From: a virus
Taxonomy: Duplodnaviria > Caudoviricetes
IMG/VR virus record: IMGVR_UViG_3300030095_004944
Span: 1-30,108 of that record
DNA length: 30,108 bases
Strand: one strand, 5' to 3'
Shown: positions 19,821 to 27,852 of the stretch, one piece after another
How the letters are laid out: the number at the start of each line of letters is the position of its first letter
Position numbering within the stretch: the first letter of the stretch is position 1
Notes under the pieces: model-generated
Told to the model about the DNA's origin: nothing
The model's database searches: none
Seen by the model: the letters and a program-made list of their open reading frames with translations, nothing else
Translations under genes and position numbers: made by a program

Positions 19821-20129
19821 TTAAGTCCCCCTGATTTTGCGTTTGACATCAACAGTTTCTTTGGTTACAAGTTTGCCATATGTAGGTTTCTTTGCTTCCA
19901 AATCGTAAAATTCAACTGGCACATTTAACTTGTTTGACCTATAGTGTTCGTCTTCCAAACTAGCAATGTGTGATTGCACCCATCGCAAAGCATTTTTTTT
20001 GCTATCAGCTATTACTGTTATAACAAAATCATTAGTTTCTCGGACGGGAACTTTATAAACTTTGTAATTATCGTTAAATAGATTGTCTTCTTCTATGTGA
20101 GGGTTTCCTTCAAAATATCCATTACTCAT
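19821..20129 (-). CDS. Hypothetical protein (102 aa)
   Basis: Start moved to MSNGYF, which has an AAGGAG SD and an ATGA overlap. Confidence 0.7.
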   Translation of the reverse strand: MSNGYFEGNPHIEEDNLFNDNYKVYKVPVRETNDFVITVIADSKKNALRWVQSHIASLEDEHYRSNKLNVPVEFYDLEAKKPTYGKLVTKETVDVKRKIRGT

Positions 20130-20272
20130 TGTGACTCCTTTAATTGACGTTGATAATCTTTCTCCAACACGTCTTGCATTACTTTCCAACCACGTGTTTG
20201 TACCTGTTTAGCTAACTCCAATATTTCTTTGTCATCAGGCACAGATGCCCACCTTTCCTTTTCTTCACTCAT
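20126..20272 (-). CDS. Small hypothetical protein (48 aa), not in ORF track
   Basis: Translated by hand: MSEEKERWASVPDDKEILELAKQVQ...LKESQ; AAGGAG SD; ATGA coupling. Confidence 0.65.
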   Translation of the reverse strand: MSEEKERWASVPDDKEILELAKQVQTRGWKVMQDVLEKDYQRQLKESQ

Positions 20273-20283
20273 TCTTCACTCCT

Positions 20284-20499
20284 TTATTGCAGTTGATCCC
20301 AACCGCCTGATTGTATGTTCATTACATTTATAAGTTCTTTTTTAGTTTTAATTGTGTATTTATAAACGTCCGCATAAACAGGTGTGTATCTTTTGTGATC
20401 ACTTTCATCAGCTAATTCTTTTTTAAGTTTCTCAGCGTCTTTCTTATTTGAAAACACTTCAAAAGAACCACTACCACCACCTACCACATATATAATCAT
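20284..20499 (-). CDS. Hypothetical protein
   Basis: 71 aa; GGGAGAG SD. Confidence 0.7.
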   Translation of the reverse strand: MIIYVVGGGSGSFEVFSNKKDAEKLKKELADESDHKRYTPVYADVYKYTIKTKKELINVMNIQSGGWDQLQ

Positions 20500-20502
20500 T
20501 CT

Positions 20503-20667
20503 TTACTCTCCCTTTCTGTCTACATACTTCTTGCACAACAACGTAATGGCTTGACTGTAATTCAAACTCAAACCCATATCTTTCTCCATGATTGATTTAA
20601 CGTCATCAATTAATTGTCTTGCATCTTGTCTTATCAACAATGCTTTGTAGCTTTTAGGCATTGGCAT
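20503..20667 (-). CDS. Small ribbon-helix-helix-like DNA-binding protein (54 aa), not in ORF track
   Basis: Translated by hand: MPMPKSYKALLIRQDARQLIDDVKSIMEKDMGLSLNYSQAITLLCKKYVDRKGE (strand-helix-turn-helix pattern); AGGAGAG SD. Confidence 0.65.
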   Translation of the reverse strand: MPMPKSYKALLIRQDARQLIDDVKSIMEKDMGLSLNYSQAITLLCKKYVDRKGE

Positions 20668-20899
20668 TTTTACTCTCCTCTACTTTAGTTTTGATTAGTT
20701 CCCACGCACTACTAATTGCCCTAATATCTTCTCGATACTCAAGTTCATGTATCACATCACTCAAAGAGTTTTCAACATACTCCGCAAGAGTTTGCTCTAC
20801 TAATGCAACAGCTTCTTGCAACTCAACTTTTTCTCTAACAGTTTGGTTCTTTGTGTGAACGTCTTGCAGTAACTTCTTGTTGTTTATTTGTTTACACAT
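20654..20899 (-). CDS. Hypothetical protein (81 aa)
   Basis: Start at MCKQ with AGGAGAGTGAAGATG. Confidence 0.7.
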   Translation of the reverse strand: MCKQINNKKLLQDVHTKNQTVREKVELQEAVALVEQTLAEYVENSLSDVIHELEYREDIRAISSAWELIKTKVEESKNANA

Positions 20900-21920
20900 C
20901 TTCACTCTCCTCTGTTTTAAGTCTGACATCTAAAACTTTTGTCATTACTTTCTCTGATGGCTTATGTATTTTTACTGTGTAGCAACTTCTGTCCATGAGC
21001 ATGGCGATAAGAGTTTCGTCTACTTCTTTAAATGTTGGTTTCTCAGACAAATGATAACCATAATCTTTTTTAGCCATTACTTTGTTGTAGATTAAAGTAA
21101 CTATTGAAGTAAAAAGAGATTCGTCACAACACATTTTTTTAAGACGATCAAATTCATAAACAGGGTGTTCAGGTATATGCTTTTTAAGTTCTTGATACGA
21201 CCAAGTTGGGTGTGTTGATGGGAAAAATCTATTTATTGTTTCTGTAAGTGAGTAACTAGATTGATGCCAGTGTCCCTTTCCGTAATTTTTATCATAGTCC
21301 TCAACAATTGCGTTACCTTTTTCAATAAACTTAGGCGAAATATATCCATTTGATACCTTGTCAATAATTCTAAGTTTGTCTAAGAAAGGTTTTATTTGTT
21401 CTCTAATACTATTTGTTTTCTTTCTATCCACAACTTCTTGTACTATCTCGACATTATTAAGACACTCGTTCCCAATAAAAGTTAAAGGTGCGTTTGAAAT
21501 TAAGGGATAGTATTTCCCTCCAACTTCTACCCAAACATAACCATTTCTTTTAGCACACGTGTATGGCGAGAAAGCATCTATTACTTCTGACGTACCAATA
21601 CTTGCATGCTCTCCTACATCAAGAGTTATTCTGCCATCATGGTAGTAAGTAACATAATCGGTGTTATAACTACTGGAACTAAGACCATAATAAATAATTT
21701 TAAACACATCTACTTCTTCAAAATCAGGATCTGTTTCTTTGACAATACGATACTCTGTGGCTCTCCTATTTCCAACAGGTCTTACATCTTCCACACGACC
21801 ACGAATAGGTTTTACACTCTCCCATCTATTTTTTGCTTGTTCATAGCTACATATAGTGTGTCTATGATATGCACCTTGTGTGCAATTACTTGGTCTAAAT
21901 TCATATGTTGGGTTACTCAT
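20892..21920 (-). CDS. Hypothetical early protein (342 aa)
   Basis: Start at MSNP with AGGAGAGTGAAAATG; N-terminal KPIRGR...RP.G.RR motif. Confidence 0.8.
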   Translation of the reverse strand: MSNPTYEFRPSNCTQGAYHRHTICSYEQAKNRWESVKPIRGRVEDVRPVGNRRATEYRIVKETDPDFEEVDVFKIIYYGLSSSSYNTDYVTYYHDGRITLDVGEHASIGTSEVIDAFSPYTCAKRNGYVWVEVGGKYYPLISNAPLTFIGNECLNNVEIVQEVVDRKKTNSIREQIKPFLDKLRIIDKVSNGYISPKFIEKGNAIVEDYDKNYGKGHWHQSSYSLTETINRFFPSTHPTWSYQELKKHIPEHPVYEFDRLKKMCCDESLFTSIVTLIYNKVMAKKDYGYHLSEKPTFKEVDETLIAMLMDRSCYTVKIHKPSEKVMTKVLDVRLKTEESEDV

Positions 21921-22197
21921 TTTCACTCTCCTCTAAAATATTAATCTCAGCTTTGGCGTTCTCAATACAAGCATCGGAATCACTCACACCTATACCTTTC
22001 TCGTAAACAACCACCTCTCCGTCTTTGTCCACAATGTCGTAAACATACTTTTTTATCCCTGTTACCATGTTGCAACTCTCATAAGGGAAATCCATAATTG
22101 CGGATACAATTATGTCGTAGCCTTTGTACTCAACAAGATCGCCTTTCTCTATCATGTTTTTACGTATGTGATTAACAAGGTTTGTTTCCACTTTCAT
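21913..22197 (-). CDS. Hypothetical protein
   Basis: 94 aa; AAGGAGAG SD; coupled to neighbours. Confidence 0.7.
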   Translation of the reverse strand: MKVETNLVNHIRKNMIEKGDLVEYKGYDIIVSAIMDFPYESCNMVTGIKKYVYDIVDKDGEVVVYEKGIGVSDSDACIENAKAEINILEESENE

Positions 22198-22418
22198 ACT
22201 GGCTCTCCTTTTTTAATTATTTCCATGATGCTGTCTGCTTTCTCCAGTAAACCTATGTGAACACCAATCTCTATGTCGCTGATATCAGGGTTTTCTTTTC
22301 TTATTTTGCTAACAAACGCTTTACCAATCTCTATGTCGCTGATATCAGGGTTTTCTTTTCTTATTTTGCTAACAAACTCAGTTTCAAGTTTGCAACACTC
22401 CTCAATGTCCTTTATCAT
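22194..22418 (-). CDS. Hypothetical protein with internal duplication
   Basis: FVSKIRKENPDISDIEIG occurs twice; AAGGAGAG SD. Confidence 0.65.
   Translation of the reverse strand: MIKDIEECCKLETEFVSKIRKENPDISDIEIGKAFVSKIRKENPDISDIEIGVHIGLLEKADSIMEIIKKGEPV
22263..22377. repeat. Tandem duplication: 55 bp identical, period 60
   Basis: 22263-22317 is identical to 22323-22377. Confidence 0.95.
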
Positions 22419-22690
22419 ACTGGCTCTCCTTTTCTTCTACGTACACTTGTTCTAGGTAGTTTCAAACTACTAGGTTTAAATGCTCTCCAAAGTTCATTCA
22501 ATGTAAAAAATACTAATCCTCCAACAGCCATAAGTTTAAGCATATCTCCATAGTTGAAATACGTTATGGCATCTATACCCTCTGGTAAGAAGTAGTCCAA
22601 TGGCTTTACCCAATAGACAAACTGACTCGTTGAAAGAAAAGTAGTCAACGCTACTAGTAATATTAAAAACGCACATTTTCCTTTACTCAC
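22415..22690 (-). CDS. Small membrane protein with two predicted TM helices (91 aa)
   Basis: GTG start after AAGGAGAGTGAAA; two hydrophobic stretches. Confidence 0.7.
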   Translation of the reverse strand: MSKGKCAFLILLVALTTFLSTSQFVYWVKPLDYFLPEGIDAITYFNYGDMLKLMAVGGLVFFTLNELWRAFKPSSLKLPRTSVRRRKGEPV

Positions 22691-22958
22691 TTTCACTCTC
22701 CTTTTGTTTATTTCTATAATCTGAAATCTTTTCCTCAAACACTTCTTCGAGTGCATCACACATATGCTCGTCAAAAAAGTCTAATGTTACGTCATCCTCA
22801 ACGCTGTATAAAACTTGCATACATTCATTGTCATCTAAAAAATCTATTGGCAAATCTAAATCTCCTAATGCTTGTCTAACATCATCAATGTTCCACACAA
22901 TTGCTATTGAATTAGTTTCATTGTTGCCGTACCCATAGTTCAATTTTTCTTTACTCAT
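22683..22958 (-). CDS. Hypothetical acidic protein (91 aa)
   Basis: AAGGAGAGTGAAGATG start; SIAIVW..DDV...L.D.EC..VL pattern. Confidence 0.75.
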   Translation of the reverse strand: MSKEKLNYGYGNNETNSIAIVWNIDDVRQALGDLDLPIDFLDDNECMQVLYSVEDDVTLDFFDEHMCDALEEVFEEKISDYRNKQKESESE

Positions 22959-22970
22959 CTTCACTCTCCT

Positions 22971-24218
22971 TTAGTCAATATCAACATAAACACTCGTACC
23001 AACACCTGCAACTATCTCGCTACTTGTAATACCCCAAAACACAGGGCAATCCCATTTACCCCAATTACCAACATATCCATCTGTGAACATAACAACGCAT
23101 TGTGGGTTGATGTTTTTGTCCTTGATGTACTCTGGTACGCATCTTGGGTCAGTACCTCCACCACCTCTAGGTTTAGTTGATGAGATAATATTATCTAACT
23201 CATGTTGTTCGTATGACTCAGGTTGTTTGATGCTTGTATCCCAATACACAAGTTCAACTTTTTCTGGGTTAATATCTTTGCATATCTTAGTTACTTCTCC
23301 CAAGAACGCTGATATTTCGTGTTGTCCAATAGAACCTGATGTGTCAATACCAATAAGCAATTTACCTGCTGATTCGCCAACGAGTGACGGCAAGTAAATG
23401 TCTTGATGTATCCACCTACGATTTGGTCTACGCCATGAAGATACTTCTCTGTCAGAATTGTTGCTAATTAGAAAGAGTCGCATCATTTCTTTCCAATCAA
23501 TCTTAGGCTCAAGAATCTTCTCAACACCTCTTGGTACGTTGCCACTCATTTTCTGAGCCAACATCTTACCTTGACGTAACGCTGTGTCGATTGTTTCTCT
23601 TATTTCTTTTGCCTTGTCTTCGTCTTTAGACATTTCTTCTGCCTTATCCCACAAGTGGTCATCAAGTGTTTGCCCATCATTGCCACCGCTTGATTGTTGT
23701 CCCTCTTCTTGAGAATCACTACTAGAGGTTTCTCCATTACCTTTACCCTTTCCCTTACCTTTTTTGTATAGATCATCAAAGATTGTCTTGGTATCTTGAA
23801 TGACATCATTGACCCTGTACTTGTCATCACACAACGCACCCTCGATAGGCTCAAGAAATTTCTGACTTGGATCAATGTCATACTTAATAGTGAGATTGTT
23901 AAAATGATCGGTAGCCATATTTGCACACATGGGGTCTTTCTTACGTAGTGGTTGCCACACGATTAGGTGCATAGCCACAATGTGCATAATCTCATGCATA
24001 ATGAGATATCTAAGTTGACCATCAGTAAGACCCTTGACGAAATCATCATAGAACCAAATGTTGTACCCATCTGTACACGCAGTTCTACAAAGACTTGCGT
24101 CATCAGTAACAAACATAGGACAACTTAGAACCAATGGAGAAAACATAACTGTGCGTTTGTCACTTGTCAGACTTACTTTTTGCCTGACAATGCGTTTGGT
24201 TGTGTCTAGTCTTGCCAT
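22971..24218 (-). CDS. Metallopeptidase-vWA protein (DUF2201-like)
   Basis: TACTDG, HEIMH (HExxH), low-complexity linker, MIDAS DTSGS, GGGTD, FTDG. Confidence 0.88.
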   Translation of the reverse strand: MARLDTTKRIVRQKVSLTSDKRTVMFSPLVLSCPMFVTDDASLCRTACTDGYNIWFYDDFVKGLTDGQLRYLIMHEIMHIVAMHLIVWQPLRKKDPMCANMATDHFNNLTIKYDIDPSQKFLEPIEGALCDDKYRVNDVIQDTKTIFDDLYKKGKGKGKGNGETSSSDSQEEGQQSSGGNDGQTLDDHLWDKAEEMSKDEDKAKEIRETIDTALRQGKMLAQKMSGNVPRGVEKILEPKIDWKEMMRLFLISNNSDREVSSWRRPNRRWIHQDIYLPSLVGESAGKLLIGIDTSGSIGQHEISAFLGEVTKICKDINPEKVELVYWDTSIKQPESYEQHELDNIISSTKPRGGGGTDPRCVPEYIKDKNINPQCVVMFTDGYVGNWGKWDCPVFWGITSSEIVAGVGTSVYVDID

Positions 24219-24229
24219 CTCTACTCTCC

Positions 24230-25150
24230 TTAAAGATTAAACTTACTAAGAACATCATCAATATTTCGCTTGACAGTATGTCTTACAGAATCACTTTCAC
24301 GTAACTGTTTCGCATCACAATTAGCCACCGCTTTTTGTGTTTCATTAATCAAGTCAGTAATGCGTGGGTCATCTGTAAGATTTAGGTCATGTGCTACTGA
24401 ACACAAGTCTGTGATGTTGGTAACGATTGTGTCTTTGAATGACTGATGATAGATGGTGTCGGTCTTTGTAACTTTAGGTACTGGCAAGTCTGCAAGTCTC
24501 TCACTTGCTTTTACCAAACCATCTTTGATATCGTCACAAAGTTTTGTCATAGACTCAAACAACTGATTCTCTAACAACCTAGTTTGTTTCGCTTGTATAT
24601 CCACCAACACATCATTAGCAACTTGTACTTTGAAATCGCCATCAGGCACTTGTAAATAATCATGACGAAAATCAAACCTGTACCTCAACTCATCTGGGTG
24701 TGGGTAGTCTGCTTGTGTGATTGTATCTTTCCAATCATCTCTTGAATGTTGTCTCCAGTAATCTATGGAAGATAAAACAGACTTCTCATAGTTATCTTCT
24801 TCAAGAAACTTACTCCAAGCATTGGTGTACAAGTCCTCAAACTGATTCATCTTTGACACAAAGAAATCAAATCGTTTCATGGACAGCAACTTCTCTCCAT
24901 GTGACCACACGTTGGTGTGTTTGTTTACGAATGATCGGGCATCACTATCAACTCTTGTGATTGCTTTAAATCTCTCGTCATTTTGAAACAGATTGACTTT
25001 CATCAACAACCCACGTGTGTCAGCAATCTTTGTTTTCTCCTCATCACAAGACTTCTTGCCGTCCCACTTGGATATGCCAAACCTCACAATTACACAACGT
25101 CTGTATAAGTTGGTAACTGACTCAGCGACTTTGCTTGTAGATAATTCCAT
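24230..25150 (-). CDS. Hypothetical protein (306 aa) between the AAA ATPase and vWA genes (possibly DUF3150-like)
   Basis: Start at MELSTS with AAGGAGAGTGAAATG; the track's upstream extension runs through the palindrome and is unlikely to be translated. Confidence 0.75.
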   Translation of the reverse strand: MELSTSKVAESVTNLYRRCVIVRFGISKWDGKKSCDEEKTKIADTRGLLMKVNLFQNDERFKAITRVDSDARSFVNKHTNVWSHGEKLLSMKRFDFFVSKMNQFEDLYTNAWSKFLEEDNYEKSVLSSIDYWRQHSRDDWKDTITQADYPHPDELRYRFDFRHDYLQVPDGDFKVQVANDVLVDIQAKQTRLLENQLFESMTKLCDDIKDGLVKASERLADLPVPKVTKTDTIYHQSFKDTIVTNITDLCSVAHDLNLTDDPRITDLINETQKAVANCDAKQLRESDSVRHTVKRNIDDVLSKFNL

Positions 25151-25178
25151 TTCACTCTCCTTAATTAATAAAAAATTA

Positions 25179-25198
25179 CTCTCGGAGTACTCCGAGAG
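25179..25198. repeat. 20-bp palindrome copy 1, CTCTCGGAGTACTCCGAGAG
   Basis: Perfect palindrome, intergenic, just upstream of the SD of the gene starting at 25150. Confidence 0.95.
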
Positions 25199-25215
25199 GG
25201 AAACAACAACTACAA

Positions 25216-26346
25216 TTAAGTAAACAACCACTTCATTTCTGTTGCACGTTTAGTAAACGCATCACAATCAATAGCGATCTCTTGCTTTTCTTTACTAGTC
25301 ATAACTGATCTATAAAACACACCCTCATACTCAGGGTCATACCTTTTGAAATATGTGACCAAACTGTCAAGAATATTTTCATCAAGTAACGTCAACGCTT
25401 TTGTGACTACCATAAACTTAACTGCAACATCTTCTTGTTTAGGTAAAGGTGCGTTTGCAGGGTCGGTAACAATCTTATTCCAACTAGGCATCTTGTCAGC
25501 AAACTTCTTTAATGCCAACAAAGTCTGTGAAGCATACGTACCAATAGCACCCTTGAGCATACCTCTCAACACACGCTCAGAAACCTTGTCACTTTTCTTG
25601 ATGATCTTACTCGCCATCTCTAATGTGTATGGACACACAAACGCTTCCACACTTGGTTCTCTTGCAGGGTTGAATATCATCTTGTTGTCATGCCCTTTTG
25701 TATATGAGTCTAGGCAGTTTGGGTTTTCTTTGACGAAATAAATAACGAGTGGGTCAATGTCATTGTCTATTGCCCATGAACCCCAACTGTCAGGTTCGAT
25801 CTCATTGTTGAGTGGGTTAAGTCCTGCACGTGGCTTTTCTACTCCTACTCTGACAGTACGTCTTTTGATGAAAGGTTGCGGTTTATCTCCACACCCATCA
25901 GTTTCAAGGTTAGATGCACAAAATACTATACTACCCTCTGGTGCTACCCAATCATTGAGCCTACGATCTTGAAGAAATGATGCGACTGCGTTTAGTACAG
26001 TTTTAGGTGCCTTGTATATCTCATCAAACATAATACAAACTTTCTTACCTTTAAACTGTGAACCAAAATCAGCATTGGGTACAAACTTACTTACTGTGAC
26101 ACCCTCGATCTTTGTCACAGTTGGTAATGCAAGATCGCCAACGTCCATACGTCCCATGTCAAAGATGTGATAGTGGTAATCATCAGTACCAAACACCTTT
26201 TTAAGTTTGCCCATTGATGCGGTCTTACCAATTCCTGGTTCTCCAATACCATTTAAGGTCAAGTCTGTACCATAAGTTGCGATAGCATCAGCAAAATCAT
26301 TTACTGACATATCTCCCAAATCTGCTACGTAGTCTTGTTTAGACAT
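25216..26346 (-). CDS. MoxR-like AAA+ ATPase (376 aa)
   Basis: Walker A GEPGIGKT, Walker B IMFDE, ASN sensor 1; start at MSKQDY with AAGGAGAG SD; vWA partner nearby. Confidence 0.85.
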   Translation of the reverse strand: MSKQDYVADLGDMSVNDFADAIATYGTDLTLNGIGEPGIGKTASMGKLKKVFGTDDYHYHIFDMGRMDVGDLALPTVTKIEGVTVSKFVPNADFGSQFKGKKVCIMFDEIYKAPKTVLNAVASFLQDRRLNDWVAPEGSIVFCASNLETDGCGDKPQPFIKRRTVRVGVEKPRAGLNPLNNEIEPDSWGSWAIDNDIDPLVIYFVKENPNCLDSYTKGHDNKMIFNPAREPSVEAFVCPYTLEMASKIIKKSDKVSERVLRGMLKGAIGTYASQTLLALKKFADKMPSWNKIVTDPANAPLPKQEDVAVKFMVVTKALTLLDENILDSLVTYFKRYDPEYEGVFYRSVMTSKEKQEIAIDCDAFTKRATEMKWLFT

Positions 26347-26372
26347 AATTACTCTCCTTTTAATTAAGATTA

Positions 26373-26392
26373 CTCTCGGAGTATTCCGAGAG
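26373..26392. repeat. Palindrome copy 2 (centre GTAT)
   Basis: CTCTCGGA GTAT TCCGAGAG, between the promoter and the AAA ATPase SD. Confidence 0.95.
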
Positions 26393-26414
26393 AGAAACAA
26401 CTTGTTATATACAT

Positions 26415-26443
26415 ATGATATATGTATACCTTTACATTGTCAA
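26415..26443 (-). promoter_or_regulatory. sigma70-type promoter for the AAA/vWA operon, overlapped by an inverted repeat (26408-26428)
   Basis: Minus strand TTGACA-17 nt-TATCAT; TATACATAT-gat-ATATGTATA inverted repeat covers the -10 box. Confidence 0.75.
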
Positions 26444-26447
26444 CTAC

Positions 26448-26690
26448 TCACACCTCCTTTCCTATATGCCACTTGCGGTCTAAAGGTAGACCCCAAAATG
26501 TGTTTGCAAGTTTATCTCCAAACCTTGCGTATTTCTTACACCTCAACTCATGGTCAGGACGTTTATCTCCTGCTTCTTTTTTCCCATAAAAATACCCACG
26601 ACTAGGAGTCCAGAACTTGACTTGTCGCCTACACACAGTCCTTTTCATAGGTCTACGTTTGGTTAGTTGAAAACAACGTATAAATCTCAT
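26448..26690 (-). CDS. Small basic hypothetical protein
   Basis: AAGGAGG SD; TGATG coupling to the upstream ORF. Confidence 0.6.
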   Translation of the reverse strand: MRFIRCFQLTKRRPMKRTVCRRQVKFWTPSRGYFYGKKEAGDKRPDHELRCKKYARFGDKLANTFWGLPLDRKWHIGKEV

Positions 26691-26863
26691 CACTTACCCT
26701 CCTTTCTTTGGTAGTCACGATTTATAGAATAATCACAAGCAAGGTTCTCTTTAAGTTTTCTTCTTCTATCAAACCTCGCTTTCATCTCTCGGTGTCTGCG
26801 TTCATGTTCAAACACAAACGCTAGGTCTTTAAGACCAAACCCACAACTCCACTTTTTTCTCAT
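26690..26863 (-). CDS. Small arginine-rich protein (57 aa), not in ORF track
   Basis: Translated by hand: MRKKWSCGFGLKDLAFVFEHERRHREMKARFDRRRKLKENLACDYSINRDYQRKEGK; GGGAGG SD; TGATG coupling. Confidence 0.65.
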   Translation of the reverse strand: MRKKWSCGFGLKDLAFVFEHERRHREMKARFDRRRKLKENLACDYSINRDYQRKEGK

Positions 26864-26880
26864 TACTCACACCTCCCTTT

Positions 26881-27534
26881 CTAAAAGTTTCCTTTAGCTA
26901 CTTGATGGCATACCAATCCATTTCTACGCCACATATCGACAACTTCATCTCGATCGTCTAGCACTAGGGATATACGTTTTTTCCAACCCATCTGCACGAT
27001 CTTTGTATTTTCTTTCCAAGAATAATTTATTCGTTTCTCTATGTATGGCTTTATCTTTCGCCACAAAATTTCTTCTTTGATTATATGGTCTGGTCTATAA
27101 TCGCCAAACTCACGCATGAATAAATTATTCTCTGCACCGATATAACCCTCAGTATGATGTAGATTATTACTTGTTAGCCAACACTCAGTTCCTAATCTAT
27201 GCTCCTCACTTCTAGCGGAACAATAGATAATGTTGTAACCACTATCATGAAATAAATCTAAAATGGTTCTTGTGGTCTCAATAACTTTATCCTCTTCTTG
27301 CTCGGCAAAAAAAGATTTAAAGTCTTTTTTCTTACCCTCAAGATAATGCCGTCTATGTTCACAATCAGAAATAGTGCCGTCAATATCACATATAACAAAC
27401 TTAAAATTAGAGTTCTGTACTGAATCTAAACCCAACATAGAGTCCTCATCATCTTCTGCACCAATGCGTGGGTCATCATTCCCCCAAGCTACCTCATCAA
27501 GTAAAATTACGCTTTTAGTTTTACCATTCATCAC
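26881..27534 (-). CDS. HAD-family phosphatase resembling the T4 PseT/Pnkp 3'-phosphatase domain (no kinase domain)
   Basis: DIDGT, SAR, MR..GDYRPD...K, DDRDEVVDMWRRNG..C.QV. Confidence 0.85.
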   Translation of the reverse strand: MMNGKTKSVILLDEVAWGNDDPRIGAEDDEDSMLGLDSVQNSNFKFVICDIDGTISDCEHRRHYLEGKKKDFKSFFAEQEEDKVIETTRTILDLFHDSGYNIIYCSARSEEHRLGTECWLTSNNLHHTEGYIGAENNLFMREFGDYRPDHIIKEEILWRKIKPYIEKRINYSWKENTKIVQMGWKKRISLVLDDRDEVVDMWRRNGLVCHQVAKGNF

Positions 27535-27544
27535 TCATACCTCC

Positions 27545-27760
27545 TCATTTTTTATGGACAGTTCTTAAATCATCTGGGTTGTGTACGTACTGATACGCTC
27601 CCTTGTTAAAACCAATCGTTACTGTATGCACTTGTGGATTTTTCCTATCTTCAATCTCCTGACAAGGTATGCACGTGACATGGTTCATATCTGCACGACC
27701 TTTTGGGATAGGGTCATAACACAATACACACAATGGTTGATTGTGTTTACCAACTACCAT
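27545..27760 (-). CDS. TraR/DksA-type C4 zinc-finger protein (71 aa)
   Basis: CVLCYDPIPKGR......CIPCQ; start at MVVGK with GGGAGG SD. Confidence 0.7.
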   Translation of the reverse strand: MVVGKHNQPLCVLCYDPIPKGRADMNHVTCIPCQEIEDRKNPQVHTVTIGFNKGAYQYVHNPDDLRTVHKK

Positions 27761-27852
27761 TACACACCTCCCAATGCAACATACACAACAACAAAGAGCA
27801 TGGTCACAAAGACCATGCCCCAAACAACCCACTCCGAAAAATAATTAATCAT
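27760..27852 (-). CDS. 30-aa single-pass membrane peptide, not in ORF track
   Basis: MINYFSEWVVWGMVFVTMLFVVVYVALGGV; GGAGG SD; ATGA and TAATG coupling at the two ends. Confidence 0.65.
   Translation of the reverse strand: MINYFSEWVVWGMVFVTMLFVVVYVALGGV

Noticed and set aside
25151-26400. Longer track starts at 25231 and 26400 (and similarly 28363, 27832, 22774, 20929, 20189, 17519)
   Set aside because: Downstream starts have the conserved SD and/or translational coupling; the extensions run through hairpins or upstream genes.
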